A stretch of 64,000 bases of DNA from Terriglobia bacterium (GTDB taxonomy: Bacteria; Acidobacteriota; Terriglobia; 20CM-2-55-15): the NCBI GenBank assembly GCA_965218585.1, contig CBDCLE010000025.1, forward strand, positions 32,001 through 96,000. The letters run 5' to 3'. The translations under genes were made by a program, and so were the position numbers. Shown here piece by piece: positions 29,230 to 39,864 of this stretch. The stretch's first letter is position 1, and the number at the start of each line of letters is the position of its first letter. The notes under the pieces are model-generated. The model saw only the letters and a list, made by a program, of their open reading frames with translations, was not told the DNA's origin and ran no database searches.

Positions 29230-32200
29230 TTAACGGAATCGTTGCCTGAGCCGGATATCGACTCCCAACGCACCGGTCTCATCCCGCGAAGCGATAAAGG
29301 ACGTATCGTTGTTCAGGAAGTACTCGATCAGGATGATCTGCTGGCGGTTCGAAGAAAGATCCTGAGAGTATGTAATCGCCAGGTCACGGGTAATTTGCTC
29401 GGAAATGGTCACACGTGCGACTGGATCGTTCTCAGCTCCCACCAGGAAAGGATCGACCCTCACTCGGCCCAGGACTCCGAGACGTGAGCCGACGCGTTCC
29501 TGCAACAGATCCGCAAGAATAGTGGCCGCTCCCCCGGTAAAGAGCTCTTCACTCGTCGGTACGAGGCTCGCATCCGGCCTGTCTTCGGCGAGCTCCCCTC
29601 GCGTCCGCCCGCCAGCTACGAGACTGATGATCTCCAGTTGAGGCAGGGGGAGATCCGAACGCATATCGAGGCGTACATCGTCCCCTCGGCCGGTTATCGC
29701 CAGGGTAATCCGGTAGTCCCTTAGCTCGGTCTCCGCCTGAACGTCGATCAACGGTTCGATTCCCAACGGATCTACAAAATCGACCGCACCTCGTGTAATA
29801 CGGTAGCGTGTTCCCTGGAAAGTCAGGTTCCTGGCTGTACTTTCTATGTGCCCCGTCATTGCTGGATCACCGAAGGTGCCGGCAAAATCCAGATCCAGTC
29901 GGGCATCAACACTCACAAGATCATTCTCGATCTGGATATTACGATCCCCTTCAACGTGTAGAGCCAAGGCCAATTGATCCAGAGGGCCTTGTTGATCCAA
30001 CCCTCTAAGGCTGTCGCCAAACAAAGCCAGGAAGGCATCAAAGTTCTCGTCGAAAGACAGGTCGACGACCTCCAGGTTGCCTTCCAGGGATGGCGTCTCT
30101 GGAGTGCCTCGCAACGCCAGAGCCCCATCAACGACGGTGCGCAACCCCTCGCTAGTCCGAACCCGGACATCCATTTCGCCGGGACCGGCTCCCTCCACAC
30201 CGACGGTTCCCCGGAGCGTAACGTCACCTCCGCCAGCACTTCCGCGAAGATCGTTCAGGTTCACCCGGTTCCCGTCAAAGAAAAGATCCCCGGACAGTGA
30301 GGACAGGCTCAGAAACAAATCCTCATGACCAACGGACACGTTCTCCAGCGTTGCAATGCCACCCAGTTCGGGATTGGCCAGATCGCCTAGGACCTGACCG
30401 TCGACGATGATCGTGCCTCCGGTCTCTATCCCCTCATATCCGCTGGCAACGAGCGACAGATTGACGCTTCCCCGAACCGAAAGATCCAGTGGCGCTTGCT
30501 CCGAGACAGCAACGGTTCCTTCCAGGACAAGGGCCGTCGCTTCCCCCGTCAATTCAACGCTCGATACTTCAACGCGGTCGGGATCGAACTCGAAAACGAA
30601 CGGCCGAGAAACTCGAAGATCCCGCTGCCGAAAACGCGCAGTCAAGTCCGTCACCCGGCCGGAACCTTCGAGCGTTTCCAGATCCAGCAGCTGCCCCTGA
30701 AAAGAGGCGTCTCCGGTTACCGTCAGCGAGCCATTCTCCAGGCCAGCGGGCTGATCGGCAGCATAGTTCACGAACCGGGCGGTGCCATCGAAGGGATAAC
30801 GGTCCCGGGAGGTGTCGATCTCGGCAGACAGAGAGAACCGAGGGCCCGCCTGGATCCGGGCAAGAATACCCTGAGCCACTACCTCTACGCCGAGAACAGT
30901 CTCGGGGAAGTGCTGTTCGCGGAACTGAAAATCCTCGAACACAGCCTCTCCCTCAATGAGTGGAACAGCCACGGTCCCATCCACCCGAAAGGAAGCAGAC
31001 CTCACCACACCCGTAATCCCTGCGGGGACGCCCATCCACCCGAACTCCTCAAGCCGATAACCCGAAAAACCGATCCTACCGTCCAGGGCAGTGGTCTCAC
31101 GCCCGTAAGTAAGACTTCCCGTGAGCGACGTTCCATCTCCGGTAAGAGTGAGATCCGAAATTCGGATACTTTCGGGATCAAACGACACTCCGGCCTCGAT
31201 GTCGCCAAGCGAATGCCCCTGGTAAGCGAAATCTGCGGACTCAAGTTGCCCATCAAAGCGGAGCGGATCAATGGATTCAACGTGAACCTCGCCCCTCACA
31301 ACGCCATCTACGGCGCGATCGAGGAGCCTCTGAAGTTCCCGGCCGGTGAGCCTCCTGATATCCAGCGTGAGATCCGGCTCCCCGAGGCTTCGATCAAACA
31401 CCCCGTTCAGACTGATCTCTGAATCGTTTTCAATAACCCTAACTGCAGACAATTCGACTTCGTTCGAGGTCAGCCGAGCACGCCCTTCGAGTCGATCGAT
31501 CGCCCAGCCTTCATAGTCGTAATCGACGACGGCAAAGTTTCCGGAAAGATCCGGCGCCGCAATAGGCCCCTCGATGACGCCATCGAGCCTGCCGGAACCA
31601 TTCGCTCCTCCATAGAGGAACCCGAAATCTTCGAAATCTTCACTTTCAACGGCGAAGTCGAGTGAGGAAGCATCACGATCAATCAGTCCATTGGCTTCGA
31701 CTGCAGTCGAACCGAACCGTGCAACCAGTCCCGAGATTTCAACGGATCCCGAAATTCCGCGATAAAGAGTTGAACCTGACACCGCCAGTACCACTGTGTC
31801 GGGGCTCTCAGTCCCGGGTACCGGCTCAAAACCGGCACTTCCTTGAAATCAAAGCTGTCGAATTTTCCTTCGAACCACCCCGTCAGGGTCCCGTCGGCTT
31901 GTGACGTCACGACATAGGGGCCTTCCCATGGGTAAATTCGGCGAAGCACCGACGTATCTATACCTTGATAAGCGATGTCCAGTTCAATACGCCGGTCGGG
32001 CCCGGGCAGCGACAAGACTCTCGCCTCGCCCGTCGCCCCACCACCGAGAATATCGACTTGAAGATCTGTTGCAGCCAGTAGACTCTCCGGGAACGAATAC
32101 TCGAAGTCCGAGATAACGCTCTCTGCTGCCCAACCGTCCACTGTCAACCCGTCGGATCTGACGCGTCCGGCAGCCTCGAAGTGTTCAGCGGAAAACTCAA

Positions 32201-33047
32201 GATCCCCTGCAATATCCATCCGGCCTTCGAGGTCTTCCTCGACGAAGAAATAGTTCAGAAAACCAAGTTCGAGGATTCCGGTATAGCCAAGCCGTCCCTC
32301 CGGGGTCCGGAGAACCTGGTCGATCCTCCCCTGAAGGTTCAGGCTGCTTTCGGCCGATTCCAATTCGGCCCTCTCGACTAGAACTGTGCCCCGCGTGTAA
32401 TCGAAATCTGCGGACAGCGCATACGGAATAAGCGGTCGTCCCTCGCGTTCCACTGCCCCTGCATATTCGATACTCCCGGACAAAACTCCCGTAGGGCCGT
32501 CGTATGCGAATTCACCCTCCAGACCGGTCAGATTGAAGTCTACGTCCACGCGCTGTTCGTCCACTACGAGCGAACCGTTGGCGACGACAAATTCGTCAAT
32601 CGAAAGTCCGAAGGCATTGGACTCACCGGGGGGATTCGACTCCGGAACGGGCACGTTGGTACCTTCGCCGGCATCGATCGTCATGAAGATTTGTGGTTGT
32701 TCAATCGAAAGGCTCGAAAGATCCAGAGACCGCCTCAATAGGCCTGTCCAGGACAAACCGATCTCGACGCGCTCGATCGACATGAGGGGCGCATCAGACG
32801 GGTCCTCTTCACCCCGCAAAACAAGACCCTCGAGGTTGAAGCGTTGCCGTCGGAAATCCGCATCGAAAGTCTCCAGCGTAACGGCCGCACCGGTTCGCTG
32901 TTCGATCCAGCCAACGATGTAGTCGGCACCAAATTCTTCGAAGTCTGGTGAACTGAGAAAGTAGACCCCACCTCCCGCCAGCGCCAGCAGTGCAAGCGTG
33001 AAAGCGCTCAATAACTTCCAGACTCTCTTTTTATTCCACAACTTCAA
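29230..33047 (-). CDS. tamB: TamB/AsmA-like translocation and assembly protein, one frameshift near 31843
   Basis: N-terminal TM anchor and long beta-rich body. C-terminal DUF490-like region (P.IDVQAET, L.M.SD.PLPQ.EI.SL). One added base near TTCAAGGAAGT joins the two ORFs. Confidence 0.8.
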
Positions 33048-33660
33048 TTTCGCTTCTCGACATAAGCGAATCCGTCCACACCGAGATTTCGCGGTCCGCT
33101 TTCTCGGTAATGACGTTCTCGCCTATCAACTCGCGCACTTCTTCCAGTGCCGGCATCGCCTCCAGGCCGCGTGACATCGCCTCGGGACGAAACACTGTTT
33201 CGTAATACGCAGTAATTTCTTCTTCTGTCGCCTCTGTGAACCTTCGAAATCTCAAATCAAAATAATTGATTCGCTCCAACCTTTTCTGCGCGGCTTCACG
33301 TATCAGTTCCGGAGTAAGGGTAGTCGCTTCAGGAAGACTGGAAACGTACTCATCGATCAACTGTTGGTCCACGCCGAGCCCTGGAAACTGATCGATCTGA
33401 TCCTGAATCAGCAAGTCTTCAATCACTTCCCGGAGCAGATCGACTTCATCTTCCGCTACGACGTCGCCAAACATCCGGGCCACATCCTGGTGTCGCCGAA
33501 CATCACCAAGCGTTACGACGCGTCCATCGACCACCGCCATCATCCGATCAATCACATCTGCCCGGCCGACCTCGCCAAACAGGACCACCATCACCGCGAT
33601 TACAAGCACGAACTCGCAGCAGCGGCGCCAGCTGGACCATCGATGTTTTATCCGCATCAA
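33031..33660 (-). CDS. SurA N-terminal domain-like periplasmic protein (no PPIase domain seen)
   Basis: VIDRMMAVVDGRVVTLGDV..L..VIEDLLI.., C-terminal W...L..RSEIEV. Confidence 0.65.
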   Translation of the reverse strand: MMRIKHRWSSWRRCCEFVLVIAVMVVLFGEVGRADVIDRMMAVVDGRVVTLGDVRRHQDVARMFGDVVAEDEVDLLREVIEDLLIQDQIDQFPGLGVDQQLIDEYVSSLPEATTLTPELIREAAQKRLERINYFDLRFRRFTEATEEEITAYYETVFRPEAMSRGLEAMPALEEVRELIGENVITEKADREISVWTDSLMSRSEIEVVE

Positions 33661-36341
33661 AACGTATGTCCCAATGTCAGAAATACCTTGTTCGGTGACT
33701 CATTCGGTTGTCGATTCATGTTGAAGCCAAAGTCCAGTCGGATCGGACCCAAGGGCGTCTCGTACCGAATCCCGAAACCTGCGGTATGCGTAAAATCTCC
33801 AAAACTAAAATCGGAGATGTACTGGAAAGTCGTGCCGGTATCGTAGAACGCAGCGCCTCCGAGTCCGGAAATCAAAAGCGGTATCGGGAATCGGTACTCG
33901 GCATTCAGGATCGCGAGTGCGTTTCCGCCGCCTTCGGTTCCCGCCTCATCCAATCCGAAGGACCGCAGTGTCGTCGACCCGCCTGCGAAATAGCGTTCAG
34001 TTATCGGAAGCGATTCGGTTTTCCCGTACGGCTGATTCCAGCCGAACCGCGCCGACGCGGCGATGACGGTTTCCTTTGCTGGGCGGTAAATGCTCGCCTG
34101 GGTAAACAACGATACGTAGTTAACCTGGGACCCTATATACTCGTTTGCCAACTGAAGAGTTCCGGTGAAGTAATTTCCCCGCCTTGGATTGATCGGATCG
34201 TTCCGCGTGTCATGGATATAGGAACCTCCGACACTCGCGATCTGAACCGTCCCCGTCTCGTCAGGGAAGCTACCAGCCCTTGGATTGACGCGAATATCGC
34301 GAAGGTTCACAGTCTGGAAACTTGCGGAAACCAACAGGCTGTCCTGATTGGCAAACTGCTTCAAGGACTGGAACGAGAAGTCGATCCGGTTGGCGTCGAA
34401 GAATTGCTGGCGCGTACGTTCAAAAAACAACGAGGCAAAACCGTCCAACTCCCAATTGAAAAGTCTTGGCTCTCTGAACGTGGTCTGAAACCTCTGTTCG
34501 CGCCGGCTTCCGCGGATTCTGAAGCTCAATGAACGGTCCAATCCCCAGAGGTTGCTATGGGTGAGTTCGACGGTGCCTCGAGGACCCTCCCGATCCTGAA
34601 CGCCCACTCCATAAGTGAGCAGCAAGGGGCCCGCGTCTTCGAGTTGAATCAAAAGGTCGCGTGTACCCGGCTTGTCGTGCTCGAGCGTAACAATGTCAAC
34701 GCGACTGAAAAGCCCCGTAGCATATAAACGCTGTTGAGCCTGGAGAATCGTTTCCGGATCGTATACGTCGCCTTCGGCGAACTGACTGTTACGGTGAATG
34801 ACCTTGTCTCGCGTTCGTGTGTTCCCAGACACGAGTATCTTCCCGATCGTATACGGCTCACCCTCATCGATGTTGTAGGTCAGGTCAACGAGGTCCCCAT
34901 TTACGTTCTGCTCTAGGGTCGACTGCACACGAACATCTGGATATCCACGCCTGTGATAATTCGAAGTGATGGTCCCCCGGGCCCCCTCCGCCTCCCCCGG
35001 AGTGTAAACGTTGCCCGAGGGCAGATTCACAATCCGTTCCAGTTCCGTATCGTCGAACGCCGTGTTTCCTTCAAAGTAGACGCTGCCTATTTCAAGCTGG
35101 TTTCCCTCCTCAATCACCAGGGTCACCGTTATCGCGTTACTCTCCGTTGAGTATTCCGGATCGACGCGAGTTGCGTCAAAACCAGACACTGCATACAGCC
35201 TCTCGATGGCCTCGGCCGCCGTCTCGAGGAGTTCAGGGCTAAAAACACCCCGGCTGAAAAGGCTGTTTCGAGAGATCCCGATGATTCCGTACAAGACGTC
35301 TTCGTCGAAAAACGTGTGTCCCTCAAAACTTACTTCGCGGACAGAGTATCTCTCGCCTGAACTAACCAGATAATTGATCTGAAACGCGTTGTCGCGAGGG
35401 GCCGCGATCAACTCGGCGGCAACCGAAGCTTCGAAAAAACCTTCCTGGCGAACGTATTCCAACAGACCGACACGACCTTCCTCGATCAGGTCCGGGTCGA
35501 CGCTGCCTTCCTCAAAGACCGGAATCAGATCTCGGATAATGGAATCATCCAAGTCGTAACCCCGAACCTGTACTAGCGTAAACGGTCCTGGCTCTATAAC
35601 GACTCTGACGTCTATGGCGTTGTCGGCTCGATCATAGCTTTCGACGAAGTCGACTGCTGTGTTGAGGAAGCCCAGTTCGGCAAACTCAGAACGAATATTC
35701 TCTCTGCCGTCTTCAAGTCTCTCAGTCAGAAACTCGTCGCCCGCTTCCACGCCAAAAGCGTTTCCAAGCTCGGCTTCGGTGAAGGTCTGTTCGCCACCGG
35801 CGAATTCAAGGGTTCGGATCCGCGCCGGCGAGCCGACGCCGACCTCTACGGTGACAGTCACCAGCCGGCTCCCGTCGTCGAACTCATAGGTCGGGCGCAC
35901 TTCGGCCTCGAAATATCCTTCCCTGCCAAACTGTTCACCGACCGCCGCAACGATCTCGTCAAGTTGAGTTCTGGAAAAACGTTCTCCGTAGGGCAGATCC
36001 AGGTAGTTGGATAGCGGCCGGTCGAGCAGAGTGTCGGGACGCAGAATGACTGTCGCCAGAAAATACGGCTCCTCTACGAGAAACGTCAGCGAGGTCGTAC
36101 CGTCCTGACTTTCTGAGGCATCGACCTCGATATGGCCGTAGCGACCCTCGTCAAACAAAGCCTGTATAGAAGCTCGAACCAATTCGGTAGTTAGGATATC
36201 GCCCGATCGGAGGGGGATGACTTCGAGGATTGATTCGGGGGCACCTTCGATAGCGATTGTGCCAACCCTTGTAGAGTCAGGTTGTTGCGCGGCAAGCGCG
36301 AGGGGTAGGAGGACACAGGATATGAGGCAGATTATCCTCAT
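33657..36341 (-). CDS. Omp85 family outer-membrane protein (BamA/TamA-like) with several POTRA domains
   Basis: Signal peptide and repeated POTRA patterns (GN.RT...I.R, LY.TGLF). RYFAGGSTTLRSF, YETPLGPIRLD and terminal F. Confidence 0.88.
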   Translation of the reverse strand: MRIICLISCVLLPLALAAQQPDSTRVGTIAIEGAPESILEVIPLRSGDILTTELVRASIQALFDEGRYGHIEVDASESQDGTTSLTFLVEEPYFLATVILRPDTLLDRPLSNYLDLPYGERFSRTQLDEIVAAVGEQFGREGYFEAEVRPTYEFDDGSRLVTVTVEVGVGSPARIRTLEFAGGEQTFTEAELGNAFGVEAGDEFLTERLEDGRENIRSEFAELGFLNTAVDFVESYDRADNAIDVRVVIEPGPFTLVQVRGYDLDDSIIRDLIPVFEEGSVDPDLIEEGRVGLLEYVRQEGFFEASVAAELIAAPRDNAFQINYLVSSGERYSVREVSFEGHTFFDEDVLYGIIGISRNSLFSRGVFSPELLETAAEAIERLYAVSGFDATRVDPEYSTESNAITVTLVIEEGNQLEIGSVYFEGNTAFDDTELERIVNLPSGNVYTPGEAEGARGTITSNYHRRGYPDVRVQSTLEQNVNGDLVDLTYNIDEGEPYTIGKILVSGNTRTRDKVIHRNSQFAEGDVYDPETILQAQQRLYATGLFSRVDIVTLEHDKPGTRDLLIQLEDAGPLLLTYGVGVQDREGPRGTVELTHSNLWGLDRSLSFRIRGSRREQRFQTTFREPRLFNWELDGFASLFFERTRQQFFDANRIDFSFQSLKQFANQDSLLVSASFQTVNLRDIRVNPRAGSFPDETGTVQIASVGGSYIHDTRNDPINPRRGNYFTGTLQLANEYIGSQVNYVSLFTQASIYRPAKETVIAASARFGWNQPYGKTESLPITERYFAGGSTTLRSFGLDEAGTEGGGNALAILNAEYRFPIPLLISGLGGAAFYDTGTTFQYISDFSFGDFTHTAGFGIRYETPLGPIRLDFGFNMNRQPNESPNKVFLTLGHTF

Positions 36342-36410
36342 AAGAACCTTTGACGACCCTCACCCCCTATCGACACCAACCAAAAAGCCCGGAAAGCCCG
36401 GCATCACTAG

Positions 36411-36436
36411 AAAAAGCCCTACTCACGCAGGGCTTT
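36411..36436 (-). terminator. intrinsic terminator after rpmB
   Basis: Minus strand reads AAAGCCCT-GCGTGAGT-AGGGCTTTTT, a hairpin followed by a U tract. Confidence 0.7.
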
Positions 36437-36459
36437 CGGAGACTTTGAACGAACGGAAC

Positions 36460-36651
36460 TCAAGCGGGTTTGACGATCCGGCCATTTCGAATGCAGCTGG
36501 TACATACCCGCATCCGTTTGGGTGTCTTACCTACAAGGACTCGCACCCGTTGCAAATTGGGGTTCCATCGTCGATTAGTCAGGTTGTGGGCGTGGCTGAC
36601 TCGGTGCCCGTACATGGGGCCTTTCCCACAGATTTCGCATCGCTTTGCCAT
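36460..36651 (-). CDS. rpmB: 50S ribosomal protein L28 (Zn-binding type)
   Basis: [34 protein letters not shown]...VCTSCIR. Confidence 0.97.
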   Translation of the reverse strand: MAKRCEICGKGPMYGHRVSHAHNLTNRRWNPNLQRVRVLVGKTPKRMRVCTSCIRNGRIVKPA

Positions 36652-36724
36652 GAACCGTGATTCCTCGTCTGGCAAAAGCCGGCTGCGGGCCGGTGCGGGT
36701 CCGGGAGCCTCTGCCAAGCTGTAA

Positions 36725-36753
36725 ATTATACCAGACAGGGCGGTTGGGCTCAA
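36725..36753 (-). promoter_or_regulatory. sigma70 promoter of rpmB
   Basis: Minus strand TTGAGC, 17-nt spacer, TATAAT, with TGn extension (TGG-TATAAT). Confidence 0.7.
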
Positions 36754-36848
36754 TGTGAGGGCGGCGAAGAGACTGGAAATCCTTTGATTCAGAGCGCCCG
36801 GCAGATGCTAGAATGTCTGAATATTCTTTGGATACTGGAGCATTGTCA

Positions 36849-37883
36849 GTGAAGTCAGTCTTTTCCTTCATGCTAGCAGCGAGCGCCGTGTTCCTTCTGG
36901 CTGCCTGTTCAGGAACCTCAACACCTTCCGCTAACGTCGTGGCACGTGTCAACGGAATCGACGTGACAGTCGACGAACTCGATCAGAGACTCGCCGCCAG
37001 CCTGGTGGGTGTTGAACCGGTGCCGGAGGAGGAAGAAATCACAGATCTCCGGCTCCAGCTTCTGACCGAAATGATCGGCAACGAGATCCTTCTCCAGTTA
37101 GCCGCGGGCGATGAATTGACGGCGACCGACGCTGAAGTGGATGTGGAGTACAACGACTTCAAGAACCAGTACTCCGAAGAGCGATTCGAAGAAGTCCTGA
37201 GCCAGCAGCAGATGACGACGGATGACTTGAGGGAACAGCTTCGCATGTCGCTGACGATCGATAAGCTCCTCAACAAAGAAATAACGTCCAAAATTTCAGT
37301 GTCGGATGCGGACATTTCGGAATTCTTTGAGTCGAACCGGGAGAGCTTCGATCTCCCGATGTCTTACCACTTCGCGCATATCCTGGTGACTCCGTTCGCC
37401 GACGATGGGCTCAACAACCTCGAAGGTGACGACGCGACTACGGACGATGAAGCACTCGATAAGGCAACCAGGCTCCTCCGCAGTATTCAGGGTGGCCAGG
37501 ACTTCGGCACGGTCGCACGGCAGTACTCGGAAGACCCCACGTCGGCTGCAGTAAGCGGAGATCTGAACTTCCAACCGATCGAAGCCATAGCGGCCGTCGA
37601 TCCCGCGATAGCCGACGCCATTCTCGAGATGAGAGAAGGAGAAACCTACCCGCAGATCATACCGACACGCTTTGGACTCCATCTCTTAAGGCTCTTTGAA
37701 GTAGATGAAGGTGGGCAAAAGGAGCTGTCTGACCCTCAAATAGAGGCTCAGGTTCGTCAGATCCTCTTTGATCAGCAGGATCAGCTGCTCAGAACGGCCT
37801 ACTTCGAAACGATCCGGAACGACGCCAGAGTCGAAAACTTTCTGGCACAGAGGATCCTCGACCAAGCCAGCGGCCCCTCCTAA
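36849..37883 (+). CDS. SurA/PrsA-like parvulin peptidyl-prolyl isomerase lipoprotein
   Basis: Lipobox LAAC, VVARVNG, HILV, F..VARQYSED..SA..GDL. GTG start at 36849 after GGAG. Confidence 0.87.
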   Translation: MKSVFSFMLAASAVFLLAACSGTSTPSANVVARVNGIDVTVDELDQRLAASLVGVEPVPEEEEITDLRLQLLTEMIGNEILLQLAAGDELTATDAEVDVEYNDFKNQYSEERFEEVLSQQQMTTDDLREQLRMSLTIDKLLNKEITSKISVSDADISEFFESNRESFDLPMSYHFAHILVTPFADDGLNNLEGDDATTDDEALDKATRLLRSIQGGQDFGTVARQYSEDPTSAAVSGDLNFQPIEAIAAVDPAIADAILEMREGETYPQIIPTRFGLHLLRLFEVDEGGQKELSDPQIEAQVRQILFDQQDQLLRTAYFETIRNDARVENFLAQRILDQASGPS

Positions 37884-37927
37884 CCTTTCTTGGAGCCGGT
37901 TGTGCTTTACTCTCAGCCGGCAGCTCC

Positions 37928-38698
37928 ATGACCTACGCTATTAACAGTCTTTCTTTCGCATACTCCCGTACCCGGGTTGTGGACAGGCTTTCCGTCAATA
38001 TCCAATCCGGCGAGTTCATCGCGATCGTCGGTCCCAACGGTGCAGGAAAATCCACTCTGCTCAAGTTGATGGCGGGCCTTCTATCCGACTTCGAGGGGTC
38101 ATTGGAGTTCATGGGAAGACCCATCGCCGACTATAAACCCGGCGAACTGGCCCGGAAGGTGGCTTTCGTCCCGCAGGAGACGCACGTCGTATTTCCCTTT
38201 ACGGTGGATGAAATGATCCTGATGGGCCGCATGCCCTATCGACAGAGCGTGCTGTTTGATACAGAAGCCGATGACGAGTTCGTCCGCAAGGCGATGGTCC
38301 TGACCGAAACCGAACACCTTGCGGGGAAGATGTTTGCTGAAATAAGCGGTGGCGAACGTCAACGGGTGGTCCTGGCGAGCGCACTGGCACAAACTCCCGA
38401 AGTGTTGCTGCTGGACGAGCCAACAGTCTACCTGGACATGAAGCACCAGCTCGGGTTCTACCAGATACTGGCGCGCCTCAATGCCCAGCAGCGCATGACG
38501 ATCGTTGCCGTAACTCACGACATCAACCTGGCGGCCCGTCACGCGGGACGAATGCTCGCGATTCTTGATGGTGCAATCGCGGCAGATGGGACACCTGATC
38601 AGGTTCTGACAGCAGATAAATTGCATGAAGTCTTTGGAATCACAGCCGACATCATCGACCGCCCTGACGGCGGAAGATACGTCGTCCCATCTGCGTAG
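37928..38698 (+). CDS. iron-siderophore/cobalamin ABC transporter ATP-binding protein
   Basis: GPNGAGKST, ISGGERQR, LLLDEPT..LD..HQ and HDINLA. Confidence 0.9.
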   Translation: MTYAINSLSFAYSRTRVVDRLSVNIQSGEFIAIVGPNGAGKSTLLKLMAGLLSDFEGSLEFMGRPIADYKPGELARKVAFVPQETHVVFPFTVDEMILMGRMPYRQSVLFDTEADDEFVRKAMVLTETEHLAGKMFAEISGGERQRVVLASALAQTPEVLLLDEPTVYLDMKHQLGFYQILARLNAQQRMTIVAVTHDINLAARHAGRMLAILDGAIAADGTPDQVLTADKLHEVFGITADIIDRPDGGRYVVPSA

Positions 38699-39701
38699 AG
38701 GGGGATTGACTCCCGCGCGGTTCCTGGCCGTTGTCGGTCCCTGCGCCCTGTTCCTGATCCTTGTCCTGCTCGTGACACCCTGGATTGGATCGGCTGGCGT
38801 TACGTGGCAGCGCGTATGGGAAGGCCTCAGTCCAGATCGCGAAATTTTTCTTGTAGCACGCCTTCCGCGAATTCTCTTCGGCGCCCTCGCGGGTGGTTCC
38901 CTGGCCGTAGCGGGAGTTCTCTTTCAGGCGATCCTGCGAAACGCGCTGGCCACCCCATTTACCTTAGGCGTATCGAGTGGGAGTTCCTTCGGTGCCGTGT
39001 TCGCGATCTGGCTCGGATTGGATATTGTCCTGCTGGGAATCCCGATCGTCTCGGTCGCAGCGTTTGCGGGAGCCCTCCTTACAATCTCACTCGTCTTCCT
39101 GATCGCCCGGAGCCGCCACGCTCTGCCAACGTTCACGCTTTTGCTGGCCGGTGTCACTTTGAACTTCATATTCTCAGCCCTCATCCTTTTCATCCATTTC
39201 GCGGCGTCCGATTTCAACGAGTCCTTCCTGATGGTGCGGTGGATGATGGGTGGCGTCAACGACGTGACTTACTCCATGATCGCCAAGACAGCCCCGCTGA
39301 TCATCGCATCGGTTCTTCTTCTGCTCGTATATGCTGCTCGATTGAATCCGCTGGCCGCGGGTGAGGATTGGGCTACGACGCGTGGAGTCAATGTGGAACA
39401 TCTGAAAAGAGTCTGCTACATCGGAGGCTCTCTCTTGACGGCCACAATCACTGCGGTAACCGGTCCTATCGGATTCGTAGGACTGATCGTCCCCCATTCC
39501 TTACGCCTCATCGCAGGTCCAGATCACCGCATCCTCATCCCGGGAGCGTTTTTCGTGGGAGGCGGGTTTCTCATCCTCTGCGATACGATGGCACGCACTC
39601 TGTTCGCACCTACTGAAGTACCGGTAGGAGTGATCACGGCCCTGCTCGGCGGTCCCTTCTTTATCGTCCTGCTGAAACAAAGAAAAGGCGACCTTTTCTA
39701 G
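38625..39701 (+). CDS. FecCD/BtuC family ABC permease (true start probably near 38680-38710)
   Basis: RLPR, QAILRNALA.PF.LGVSSG, GPIGFVGLIVPH and PVGVITALLGGPFF. Confidence 0.9.
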   Translation: MKSLESQPTSSTALTAEDTSSHLRRGGLTPARFLAVVGPCALFLILVLLVTPWIGSAGVTWQRVWEGLSPDREIFLVARLPRILFGALAGGSLAVAGVLFQAILRNALATPFTLGVSSGSSFGAVFAIWLGLDIVLLGIPIVSVAAFAGALLTISLVFLIARSRHALPTFTLLLAGVTLNFIFSALILFIHFAASDFNESFLMVRWMMGGVNDVTYSMIAKTAPLIIASVLLLLVYAARLNPLAAGEDWATTRGVNVEHLKRVCYIGGSLLTATITAVTGPIGFVGLIVPHSLRLIAGPDHRILIPGAFFVGGGFLILCDTMARTLFAPTEVPVGVITALLGGPFFIVLLKQRKGDLF

Positions 39702-39864
39702 CACTTGGGGTCTCGCAAGAGAAGAGAGGAGAGACGGTCCATCTGGTGCCACGCGACCACGTCCGAGGGCTCTTGCATGCTGAAGGCATCACTGGCGAAA
39801 TTTTTCCTTCTCGATATACTTACGAAGTTTCATCCACATCGTTCCGGCACGGAGCGCTTGCCCG

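Noticed and set aside
36381-36420. AAAGCCC repeated three times
   Set aside because: One copy is the rpmB terminator arm. The others are too short and irregular for an iteron or CRISPR call.
39715-39740. GAGGAGAGACGG as a possible att copy of the tRNA-Ser 3' end
   Set aside because: Only about 6 nt (GGAGAG) match, which is too short to distinguish from chance.
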